This document shows positions 18,087 through 26,125 of a DNA stretch of 64,000 nucleotides, one piece after another. Each line of letters begins with the position of its first letter. Position 1 is the stretch's first letter. The notes below the pieces were generated by a model. It was not told the origin of the DNA. It did no database searches and saw nothing but the letters and a program-made list of their open reading frames with translations. This stretch comes from an uncultured Christensenella sp. (lineage in GTDB: Bacteria; Bacillota; Clostridia; Christensenellales; CAG-138): NCBI GenBank assembly GCA_964383635.1, contig CAYLIG010000004.1, positions 10,814-74,813 on the forward strand. Direction: 5' to 3'. The position numbers and the translations under genes were made by a program.

Positions 18087-19237
18087 CGATGTTTTTCAAT
18101 TCCCTCCGCCTTGCCATCCGCTCGACGCTGGCCAACAAGATGCGCTCGTTTCTGACGATGCTCGGCATCATCATCGGCGTGATGAGCGTGATCATACTCG
18201 TTTCGCTTGCGCAGAGTACGACCAGCAGCATCACAAACGCGATCTCCTCCATGGGATCGGATCTTCTGACCGTTACCGTTACGGATGAAGATCTCACGCT
18301 CGATGCGGACGATTATCTCGCGCTGGAGCAATACGACTCCATCGCCGGCGTCGCGCCTTATCTGACCGTAAGCAGCACGGCGCGCAGCGGCTCGAACTAT
18401 ACCAGCGTCTCCGCAATCGGCGTGACCAGCGAATTTATGGACATCGCCGGGCGCGATCTGGAGGCGGGCCGCGCAATCGTGGACTCCGACCTCGACTGGC
18501 GCACCTATACCGCCGTCATCGGCACAAGCGTTGCGGGCGATCTGTACGAAAGCTATGACGTGATCGGCCAGACGTTTACGATGAGCGGACATACCTTCAC
18601 CATCGTCGGACTGCTTTCCAACACCGACTCCGACACGGACACCCAGATTCTGATTCCGCTGACCACGGCGCAGCGTATTTCCGACAGCACGGCGATTACC
18701 ACCGCCTATGTCAAGGCGGCCTCCACCAACCAGGTGGACATGGCGCAGGCGCTCACGGAATATCAGATGCTGACGCTCACGCAGGATGAGGATTCCTACA
18801 CCGTCTACAACATGAGCGAGCTTCTGGAAACCATGGACGACGTGATGAGCACGCTCTCCCTCATGCTTGGCGGAATCGCGGCCATCTCGCTGCTCGTCGG
18901 CGGCATCGGCATTATGAACATCATGCTCGTCTCCGTCGCGGAGCGCACGCGTGAAATCGGCATCCGCAAAGCCATCGGCGCGCGCAGAAGCCACATTATG
19001 ATGCAGTTCCTGATTGAGGCGTGCGTGCTGTCCATCCTCGGCGGACTCATCGGCCTCGGGCTTTCGGCGCTCGGCCTTCGCATCTTCACGGCTGTTGCCG
19101 ATATGACTATTTCGATTGAGTGGCGCGCGGCGATCGTCGCCTTGCTCTTCTGCGTCGTCATCGGCGTGGCGTTTGGCAGCTATCCGGCAGCAAAGGCGAG
19201 CAAGCTGACGCCGATTGAAGCGCTGCAAAGAAACTGA
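18083..19237 (+). CDS. ABC transporter permease (FtsX/MacB-type)
   Basis: 384 aa. It overlaps the ATPase stop by 4 nt. It has the MacB periplasmic-domain layout and a C-terminal FtsX-like 3-TM bundle (REIGIRKAIGARRSHIMMQFLIEA). Confidence 0.88.
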   Translation: MTMFFNSLRLAIRSTLANKMRSFLTMLGIIIGVMSVIILVSLAQSTTSSITNAISSMGSDLLTVTVTDEDLTLDADDYLALEQYDSIAGVAPYLTVSSTARSGSNYTSVSAIGVTSEFMDIAGRDLEAGRAIVDSDLDWRTYTAVIGTSVAGDLYESYDVIGQTFTMSGHTFTIVGLLSNTDSDTDTQILIPLTTAQRISDSTAITTAYVKAASTNQVDMAQALTEYQMLTLTQDEDSYTVYNMSELLETMDDVMSTLSLMLGGIAAISLLVGGIGIMNIMLVSVAERTREIGIRKAIGARRSHIMMQFLIEACVLSILGGLIGLGLSALGLRIFTAVADMTISIEWRAAIVALLFCVVIGVAFGSYPAAKASKLTPIEALQRN

Positions 19238-19284
19238 ATATCTCCTCCCATTCCGCTGCTGTTGCGGCGGATATCCCCCCATCA

Positions 19285-19326
19285 ATCCCCGCGGGCATCA
19301 TCCCCCGCGGGGATGATTTATTTCTC
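19285..19326 (+). terminator. Intrinsic terminator after efflux operon
   Basis: An 11-bp stem ATCCCCGCGGG / CCCGCGGGGAT with an 8-nt loop and a T-rich tail. Confidence 0.75.
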
Positions 19327-19393
19327 CCCGCTTTTGACAGCGCATGACGCGCAATGTATAATGAATGCATCCGTAAAAAGGAGCATATCCGTC

Positions 19394-19924
19394 ATGACGC
19401 AATTCTCCAATACGTTTACAATCACCAAAAAGGACAACATTCGTTATAACTTTTTTCTGATGCAGAAGAAACTCGTCGCAACGAGCGCGTTGGTATTTGT
19501 CATCATATTCGCTATGGTCGGCCTTTTGAAATATGCGCAGGGCGCGGGCATTACGGCCGCAATTCTCAACGGCCTGATGATGGCCGTCGTGGGTACGCTG
19601 ATTCTTACCGGCATCAGCATCGCCACCACGATACTGCGCATCAACACCTTCTATAAACAAAAAAAGCTGCTGGACTTTACCGTTACGTTTACAACAGATA
19701 AGGAGGGCATCCACGCCGCATCCGAGCGCGGAAACTCCGATCTGGCATGGAATCGCATCGTCGCCGTCCGCGAAACGCGCCATGCGTTCTATATCTTCAT
19801 CACAGACTCGCACGCAAACGTCATGCCGAAGGATCAGTTCGCGGATGCCGCCAGCGTGGAGACCTTCCGCACGCTTCTGGAGAAGAACATCGAACTCTCC
19901 CGGTTGAAACTCCGGCGCGCTTAG
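19394..19924 (+). CDS. YcxB-like membrane protein
   Basis: Start at ATG 19394 (GGAG 10 nt upstream). The sequence FTITKKDNIRYNFF...two TM helices...AWNRIVAVRETRHAFYIFITDSHANVMPK matches the YcxB-like architecture. Confidence 0.6.
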   Translation: MTQFSNTFTITKKDNIRYNFFLMQKKLVATSALVFVIIFAMVGLLKYAQGAGITAAILNGLMMAVVGTLILTGISIATTILRINTFYKQKKLLDFTVTFTTDKEGIHAASERGNSDLAWNRIVAVRETRHAFYIFITDSHANVMPKDQFADAASVETFRTLLEKNIELSRLKLRRA

Positions 19925-19970
19925 TCGGCAAGATTCCCCGTTTGCTATTTTACATCGCTTTATAAAACAG

Positions 19971-19998
19971 AACCTGACATTTATTTGTCAGGTTTTTT
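19971..19998 (+). terminator. Intrinsic terminator
   Basis: AACCTGACA-TTTATT-TGTCAGGTT followed by TTTT. Confidence 0.8.
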
Positions 19999-20017
19999 GG
20001 TATATACTGAACCTATC

Positions 20018-20923
20018 ATGAAAAATGACCGCCTGTTTCAACTGCTGTATCTTCTTCTCGAACACGGTGCGATGACCGCGCCGGCGCTGAGCTGCGCGCT
20101 TGAAGTGTCTGTGCGCACGATCTATCGGGACGTGGAGTCGCTCTCAATGGCCGGCATACCGGTCTTTGCCACGCAGGGCAAAAACGGCGGCGTATCGCTG
20201 CTGCCCAACTACGCCTTTGACAAGGCGCTTCTGACCGACGAGGAGCAAAATCAGATTCTATACGCGATACAGAGCCTGCGCGCGGCGGATCAGCCCGTCG
20301 ACGCGCTGCTTCAAAAGCTCGGCGGCATCTTTCAAAAGTGCGATACCAACTGGATTGAGGTCGATTTTTCCCGCTGGGGATGGAGCAAAACAGACGACGT
20401 GAAGTTTGAGCGGCTCAAGTCCGCGCTGACCGGCAGGCGCGCGCTGGAGATCGTCTACTGTTCCTCGAGCGGAGAAACAAACCGCCGCGTGATCCTGCCG
20501 GTCAAGCTCATCTTCAAAGACAAGAGCTGGTATCTGCAGGCCTACTGTCGAAAAGCGGAGAACTACCGTCTCTTTAAGGTGAACCGCATCGTTGAATTGA
20601 TCGTGCTAAGCGAGCGGTTCAGCGAGCTGCCAGGAGATATTCCCCCCGTTGAAGCGGCTCCGCCGCCAGCGTCGGCCTCTCTGCGGGCGCGGCTGCTGTT
20701 TTCGCCCGCCGCGGCGTTCCGCGTATACGACGAGTTCGACCCCGCCATGGTCGCAAAAGATCCGGACGGCAGCTTGCTGGTCCGTGTGGATTTCCCGCAG
20801 GATGGATGGGTAATCAGCTATCTGCTTTCGTTCGGCGCGGATGTAACCATTCTGGAGCCGGAGGAACTGCGCGCCCGCGTCGCTGCGTATGCCAAAGCGA
20901 TCTGGGAGCACCACTTTGAATGA
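20018..20923 (+). CDS. YafY-family transcriptional regulator (HTH + WYL domain)
   Basis: The N-terminal HTH (RLFQLLYLLLEHGAMTAPALSCALEVSVRTIYRDVESLSMAGIPV) and the central WYL-type region (DKSWYLQAYC..YRLFKVNRI) are present. Confidence 0.8.
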   Translation: MKNDRLFQLLYLLLEHGAMTAPALSCALEVSVRTIYRDVESLSMAGIPVFATQGKNGGVSLLPNYAFDKALLTDEEQNQILYAIQSLRAADQPVDALLQKLGGIFQKCDTNWIEVDFSRWGWSKTDDVKFERLKSALTGRRALEIVYCSSSGETNRRVILPVKLIFKDKSWYLQAYCRKAENYRLFKVNRIVELIVLSERFSELPGDIPPVEAAPPPASASLRARLLFSPAAAFRVYDEFDPAMVAKDPDGSLLVRVDFPQDGWVISYLLSFGADVTILEPEELRARVAAYAKAIWEHHFE

Positions 20924-20992
20924 AATGAATTGTTTTAGAGTGTCCCTGCCGATACAATGCGGATGGCTTCCCCGGAAACGGAGGTGCAGCAC

Positions 20993-21430
20993 ATGAAACC
21001 ACCAAACGATCCTGATATCGAGCTGATCGCCCCCTGCGGGCTCAACTGCGCGCTGTGCTCCCGACATCTCGGCAAAAACCCATGTCCGGGGTGCCGCGCG
21101 CGCCTGTCCGAGCCGGACGTGTACCGGCGAAAATGTATCATGCGCGCCTGCACGGCGGAGCGGGGCTTTTTTACCTGCGCGGAATGCGCGGATCACCCCT
21201 GCAACCGCATGAAAGCCTTCGCTAAGCGCTATCGCGACGGATACGGCGTCGATCTCGACGCGGACGCTGCGGCGCTGCGCTGTCTTGGCGCGGAGGAATT
21301 TATGCGAGGGCAGCTGATTACGCATACCTGTCCGGACTGCGGACATCTGATCGACCTGCACTTCGGCCGCTGCAGCGGTTGTCTCAAACAGTATCCAATC
21401 GGAAAAGGCGCCCGCGCATCAAAGAATTGA
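20993..21430 (+). CDS. DUF3795-like Cys-rich protein
   Basis: CGLNCALCS..CPGCR..CIMRAC..FTCAECADHPC..CPDCGH..CSGC cysteine pattern. GGAGG 8 nt upstream of ATG 20993. Confidence 0.65.
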   Translation: MKPPNDPDIELIAPCGLNCALCSRHLGKNPCPGCRARLSEPDVYRRKCIMRACTAERGFFTCAECADHPCNRMKAFAKRYRDGYGVDLDADAAALRCLGAEEFMRGQLITHTCPDCGHLIDLHFGRCSGCLKQYPIGKGARASKN

Positions 21431-21478
21431 TACCGGCTTTCCTTCCGTTCCTGTATACTGGAAAAAAGGGTGGTGAAC

Positions 21479-22189
21479 ATGATGCAGCTTCCACACATTC
21501 AACAGTATGCCGATTTTACAAACGCGCTGCTGAGGGCGGGGTTCTCCATGGGCGGCGGAAACAGCGAAGGCATATTCTCGCTGATTCCGTGGAACTGGAA
21601 CGAACTCCCGCCTTATCCAACGCCCGTTCGCTGGCACACCGGAGACGCGGAAACCGACCCGTGGGAATGGCGCATGCGCGTGCTGGACGAACGAAACGAC
21701 ATCGCATACGCAAAGGTGTTTTTCAAAAAGAGCGGCTATATCACAAAGGACTGGGCGCCGTATTTCCTCGCCGCGCGCCGCGGAACAACCGCTTTTGAGG
21801 ACGCATATGCGGCGGGAACCGTCAGCCACGAAGCAAAGCGAATCTACAGTGTGATTCAGGAGTACGGCACGCTGCCGCTGCACGCCATCAAACAGCTCGC
21901 CGGATTCGGGCCGGAAAGCAAATCGCGCTTCGACGGCGCGCTGACCGAGCTGCAGATGCGATTGTTTCTGACCATGTGCGGCAGGCAGCAGAAGCTCTCC
22001 CAAAAGGGCGAGGAATACGGCTGGTATTCCACAGTGTTCTGCACGACGGAGCAGTTCTGGGGAGAAGGGCTGTTTGCCAAAGCGGCGGCAATATCAAAGG
22101 ACGAGGCGGTCAACGCCATTATGAAACAGGTTCTGGTTTTAAACTCCGACGCGGACGCAAAAAAGATTTCGAAATTTATTTTAGGCTAG
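21479..22189 (+). CDS. Hypothetical protein (possibly AlkZ-related / winged-helix-like)
   Basis: About 236 aa with coding-like composition. I recognise no diagnostic catalytic motif. The family guess rests only on remembered similarity of WNWNELPPYPTP..DPWEWR-type sequences. Confidence 0.4.
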   Translation: MMQLPHIQQYADFTNALLRAGFSMGGGNSEGIFSLIPWNWNELPPYPTPVRWHTGDAETDPWEWRMRVLDERNDIAYAKVFFKKSGYITKDWAPYFLAARRGTTAFEDAYAAGTVSHEAKRIYSVIQEYGTLPLHAIKQLAGFGPESKSRFDGALTELQMRLFLTMCGRQQKLSQKGEEYGWYSTVFCTTEQFWGEGLFAKAAAISKDEAVNAIMKQVLVLNSDADAKKISKFILG

Positions 22190-22199
22190 GGGACATAAG

Positions 22200-23096
22200 A
22201 TGAAGTTGGTTACGTTTCTCCACGAGCACAGGGAGCAGGTCGGCGTTCTGAATCGATCGGAGGATTTTGTATATCCCGTTTCCGAAGTAAATCTACCCGA
22301 TGCATCCATGCTGGAGCTGATTCAAAATGCCTCGCCGGAACAGATGCGGCGCCTGACCGAGCTGGCAAAACATGCGCCCGATGCCGTCGCGGGCGCCGTT
22401 GAAAAAAGCGCGGTGCAGCTGCTGGCCCCTATCCCGCATCCGGCGCAGGATGTGATCTGCCTTGGCATCAACTATCTCTCGCATGCCATGGAAGCCGGGG
22501 ATTATCACGCCGACGCATTCGGCGGGGAGCGGCCCTGCCCAATCTATTTTTCAAAGCGGGTCGACCGCGCCGTTGCGGACGGAGAGCCGATCCCGGCGCA
22601 TCGGAACATCGTAGAGAGTCTGGACTACGAAGCGGAGCTCGCCGTCATCATCGGCAAAAACGCGTTTTGCGTAAAAGAAGAAGATGTATCCGATTATATC
22701 TTCGGATACACCGTTCTCAACGACGTCAGCGCCCGCAATGTGCAGACCGCGCATCAGCAATGGTACTTCGGAAAAAGTCTGGACGGGTTTGCGCCGATGG
22801 GTCCCTGCATCGTCACCGCGGACGAAATCGCGTTTCCGCCCGCGCTTTGGATCACCGCAGCGGTCAATGGCGAGCTGCGTCAAAACAGCAATACGTCGCT
22901 GCTGATTACAGGCATCGCGCAGATTGTCAGCGAACTGTCGCAGGGCATGACGCTTCGCGCGGGAACCGTCATCTCCACCGGAACGCCCGCCGGCGTCGGC
23001 ATGGGGTTCCATCCGCCGAAGTTTTTAAATCCCGGCGACGTCGTCGTCTGCAGTATCGAGGGAATCGGCAGCCTGACAAACACCATCTCCGAATAA
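22200..23096 (+). CDS. Fumarylacetoacetate hydrolase (FAH) family protein
   Basis: LDYEAELAVIIGK, GYTVLNDVSARNVQ, WYFGKSLDGFAPMGP and GTPAGVG motifs. Confidence 0.88.
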   Translation: MKLVTFLHEHREQVGVLNRSEDFVYPVSEVNLPDASMLELIQNASPEQMRRLTELAKHAPDAVAGAVEKSAVQLLAPIPHPAQDVICLGINYLSHAMEAGDYHADAFGGERPCPIYFSKRVDRAVADGEPIPAHRNIVESLDYEAELAVIIGKNAFCVKEEDVSDYIFGYTVLNDVSARNVQTAHQQWYFGKSLDGFAPMGPCIVTADEIAFPPALWITAAVNGELRQNSNTSLLITGIAQIVSELSQGMTLRAGTVISTGTPAGVGMGFHPPKFLNPGDVVVCSIEGIGSLTNTISE

Positions 23097-23112
23097 CACC
23101 GCACTATACATC

Positions 23113-23140
23113 ACAAAAGCGGGCTTTCGCCCGCTTTTGT
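23113..23140. terminator. Bidirectional terminator
   Basis: ACAAAAGCGGGC-TTTC-GCCCGCTTTTGT between convergent genes. Confidence 0.85.
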
Positions 23141-23155
23141 TGTGTCTGTTTTGAT

Positions 23156-25240
23156 TTAGCCGAGTTTCACGGTTGTCAGCGTCGTAAAATCGACAAGCGA
23201 GATCACGGTGACGCCCGAATCCCCCAGCACATAGAAGTAGTTTCCGATGAACAGACCCCTGAGATTCCAGCTCGAAAGATCGGCGGTCATGCTGACCTTC
23301 GCCGCAAGCTCAAAGCCTTTGTCCGTCGTATAACGGTAGATGAAGTAGCTGCTGTCCGCCGGGAAGGCGATCAGGTTCTTCTCGGCGTCCACGAGGATGG
23401 CCTTGTGGTTGTTGCCCACGATGGTCCAGCTCGCGTCCACACTCGCGGTCGTGATTTGTGTCACATTCGCCTTGTTCGAGGTGTCGAACATGGAGAGCTT
23501 CACGCCCTGCGTTCTGCCGGTGCTCTCATCGGCATTATAGCCGATGCCGAGCAGGAGGTTATCCTTGAACACGTGCAGATACTCGGAAAATCCCGGGATC
23601 TTCAGCGCGTCCAGCACACGCGGCGCGGCAGGGTTGCTCAGATCCACCGCAAACAGCGGGTCGACCTGGCGGAAGGTCACGAAGTAGCCGATGTCGCCGT
23701 CGAAGCGCACGCTCTGGACATATTCGTCCTTGGCGAGGTTTTCGATCTTGCCGAGGATGTTCAGATCCGCGTCCAGGGTGTAGAGCGAGTTGGTGTTCGT
23801 GCTGTCGTATTCGTAGGTGTCCACGCCGTCCGTATAGATGCGCTGCTGCCAGCTGTTGACGGAGGTTACAACGCGGAACACGTTCTTATACTCGTCCATG
23901 GAGAACTGATTCAGCAGGCTGCCGGGCACGTTGCCGCTGGCGAGCTTTGTAATCTGCCCCTCGGAGAGGCCGAGCAGCACGAGATCCGTGCTCGACGAAC
24001 CGTTTGTAATCTGCACGTTCTTGCCGTTTTCATCCGGCGCGATGGGCAGAGTTTCCTCGTCATAGCGCGAGATGGCAAGCAGCATATGGTCCGCGTTTGC
24101 GTAGAGCTGGCTCGTCCCGCCAAACAGCGCCTTGGCCGAAGCGAAGTTCGCGCCGCTCTTGAGGTTGATGGAGCCGACGACGGTATACGCCGCGCTCTGC
24201 GGGCTGCCGCCGATATAGAGGTCGGTCGGCTGGAGCAGTTTGCTCTCCGCGCCCACGGTGGTGGTCGGGATGTAGGTGATCGGCGTGCCCTTGACCGGGC
24301 TGTAGATATACTGCGAGGTCACAAGGTAGACATAGTCCCCGATCATACGGGCGCTGACGTAGCTACCGCTCTGCCCGAGGGATATCACCTGCACGGGTTT
24401 TTCGGGGTTCGAAACGTCGTAGATCACCGCTATGGTCTGGTCGGTATAGTTGTCATAGCCGCCGTTTGCGTCGTTGATCCATACGGTGTTGTAGCTCTGG
24501 GTGATGACCATGAGCCGATCGCCCAGAAGGAACATTTCGGAGTTATAGCCCCACCAGCTGTCGTCGCTCGAAAGAGCGGTGGTGGACACGAGCTTTGTGT
24601 TCGCGCCGTCCGCCTTGAGGATATTGAGCTGACTGCCGGCTACATAATAGATGTAGCTTCCGTCAGTTTTCACGATGTCCGCTTCATCCACGCCCTTGAC
24701 CTGCACGTTGGTGCCGGAATAATCGACGCCGCTGTCCGTCGCAACCGGCGCTTCCGCGGTCGCGGTTTCCGTTTTGACCGCTCCGGCCGCCGGCGCCGCC
24801 GCCGCGCTGTCCGTCGCCGCACTTTCGAGCATCACCCCGCCGGCATAAGGCCCGTAGTTGGACTGCATGGCCTCGATCAGCGCATAGATGTCGTCGTAGC
24901 TTTCGATATTGGCAGGAATCGCCGCCTGCGTTGTGGCTGCGGTCCCCTGCGACGCGGCCGAGGCCACGCCGTCGGAGGATACGTCCGCCGCGCTTTCCGC
25001 CGAGGCGGTCATCATTGTGTTTTCCGAAGCGGCTGTTCTGTTCCCTCCGGTGACGAGCAGGGTTCCCAGCGAGCCGACGGCGATCAGCACGAATGCCGCA
25101 AATACCGCGCCGACGCGCACGAACTTCTGTCTCGGCGTGAGTGCAATTTTCTCACGCGTGTTTTTTTCTTTGATTTCCATGAGCAACGTCTCCTTTGCTT
25201 TCAGCTTGTCGTTGTCACGGATATACTGCTCTTTAAACAT
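23156..25240 (-). CDS. Membrane-anchored beta-propeller domain protein with anti-sigma-like N-terminus
   Basis: 694 aa. A short cytoplasmic N-terminus is followed by one TM (VGAVFAAFVLIAVGSLGTLLV) and then a large extracytoplasmic region typical of the secreted beta-propeller family (..GVDEADIVKTDGSYIYYV..). Its start overlaps the stop of the upstream sigma gene by 8 nt. Confidence 0.7.
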   Translation of the reverse strand: MFKEQYIRDNDKLKAKETLLMEIKEKNTREKIALTPRQKFVRVGAVFAAFVLIAVGSLGTLLVTGGNRTAASENTMMTASAESAADVSSDGVASAASQGTAATTQAAIPANIESYDDIYALIEAMQSNYGPYAGGVMLESAATDSAAAAPAAGAVKTETATAEAPVATDSGVDYSGTNVQVKGVDEADIVKTDGSYIYYVAGSQLNILKADGANTKLVSTTALSSDDSWWGYNSEMFLLGDRLMVITQSYNTVWINDANGGYDNYTDQTIAVIYDVSNPEKPVQVISLGQSGSYVSARMIGDYVYLVTSQYIYSPVKGTPITYIPTTTVGAESKLLQPTDLYIGGSPQSAAYTVVGSINLKSGANFASAKALFGGTSQLYANADHMLLAISRYDEETLPIAPDENGKNVQITNGSSSTDLVLLGLSEGQITKLASGNVPGSLLNQFSMDEYKNVFRVVTSVNSWQQRIYTDGVDTYEYDSTNTNSLYTLDADLNILGKIENLAKDEYVQSVRFDGDIGYFVTFRQVDPLFAVDLSNPAAPRVLDALKIPGFSEYLHVFKDNLLLGIGYNADESTGRTQGVKLSMFDTSNKANVTQITTASVDASWTIVGNNHKAILVDAEKNLIAFPADSSYFIYRYTTDKGFELAAKVSMTADLSSWNLRGLFIGNYFYVLGDSGVTVISLVDFTTLTTVKLG

Positions 25241-25736
25241 CCTGAAACTCCCCTTTCAACTGTTCCCGCAGCATATCGCGTGCGCGGAAGAGATGGGATT
25301 TCACCGTGTTTTCGTTGCTGCCCATGATCTTTGCGATTTCGGCAACCCGATACCCCTCGTAGTAATACAGATGAATCACCGTGCGAAACTTCGTTGGAAG
25401 CGCCAGCACGTAAGGATAAACCTCGGTGGATTCCTGCATTTGCGCGATCAGGTTTTCGTCTTCCGGTACGGTGTTGCGCCGCCAGGCGGAGGTCAGCAGC
25501 GACTTCGAGCAATTGATGGTCACCTTCAAAAACCAGGCTTTCTGGTGTTCGAGGCTGTTCCAAACGGGCTTTGCGCGCAAAGCCCGCAGGAAGACCTCCT
25601 GCACGATGTCGTCCGCATCCGTTCCGCTCTTTGTTCGCAGAAACGCCAGGCGGTATACCATATCGGCATATTCCGCAAACAGCGCGTCCGCGTTGTCGGC
25701 CGGTATCGGCACATTAGGTTTGGCCAGCTGTTCCAT
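25233..25736 (-). CDS. ECF-type RNA polymerase sigma factor
   Basis: Start moved to MEQLAKP (25736). Region 2 is DADDIVQEVFLRAL..QKAWFLKVTINCSKS and region 4 is LPTKFRTVIHLYYYEGYRVAEIAKIMGSNENTVKSHLFRARDML. Confidence 0.88.
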   Translation of the reverse strand: MEQLAKPNVPIPADNADALFAEYADMVYRLAFLRTKSGTDADDIVQEVFLRALRAKPVWNSLEHQKAWFLKVTINCSKSLLTSAWRRNTVPEDENLIAQMQESTEVYPYVLALPTKFRTVIHLYYYEGYRVAEIAKIMGSNENTVKSHLFRARDMLREQLKGEFQDV

Positions 25737-25893
25737 AACCGTTTTTGTACCTCTCTCTTCCACCCATAACACTTCGCATCCTAGCGGAAGGTTGCGGCGG
25801 AGCAGGAATTTTTTTACAGTTCCGTGTATATGCGGATATAACCGCAGTTCATTATAGCATATGTACATACATGCAGCACCGCGACGTAATTCA

Positions 25894-25923
25894 TTGACAA
25901 AACCGGCGGAAGCTGTGTATAAT
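25894..25923 (+). promoter_or_regulatory. Sigma-A promoter of the ABC-F leader
   Basis: TTGACA-18 nt-TATAAT. Confidence 0.65.
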
Positions 25924-25950
25924 TGTACGAAATCTAAATTCTATTTCAAT

Positions 25951-26074
25951 GGGAGGACTCCGATGATTCGTTAACGCTCTTGGCAGTTGTCCGGCAGTGC
26001 GGAGGCAGAATATGCGTCTGCGGATTGCCAGCGATGCCAAACGCGTGCGCGAACCGAATACGGGTTCTTTTTTT
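25951..26074 (+). promoter_or_regulatory. Attenuator-like leader of the ABC-F gene (two SD-preceded uORF starts + short-stem terminator)
   Basis: First, GGGAGG-N6-ATG ATT CGT TAA (25963-25974). Second, GGAGG-N6-ATG at 26012 encoding MRLRIASDAK... Third, GAACC-GAATACG-GGTTC followed by T7 (26051-26074). Confidence 0.55.
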
Positions 26075-26125
26075 GTTGCGCAGGATGTTTGTCATCGCCG
26101 CCTTTTCCAAAAAAGGAGGTGTTTT

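Noticed and set aside
22667-25327. An 886-aa plus-strand ORF, the longest in the window.
   Set aside because: It lies exactly antisense to the beta-propeller and sigma genes. It is extremely Arg/Gly/His-rich, has no RBS and has no recognisable motif. This is the typical shadow ORF of high-GC DNA.
25997-26125. An N-terminally extended ABC-F protein (530 aa) starting at GTG 25997 or ATG 26012.
   Set aside because: Lsa-family proteins start at the MSxIxVxxLTF motif, which has its own strong RBS at 26126. The extension runs through a hairpin plus T7 tract. It is treated as a leader/uORF instead.
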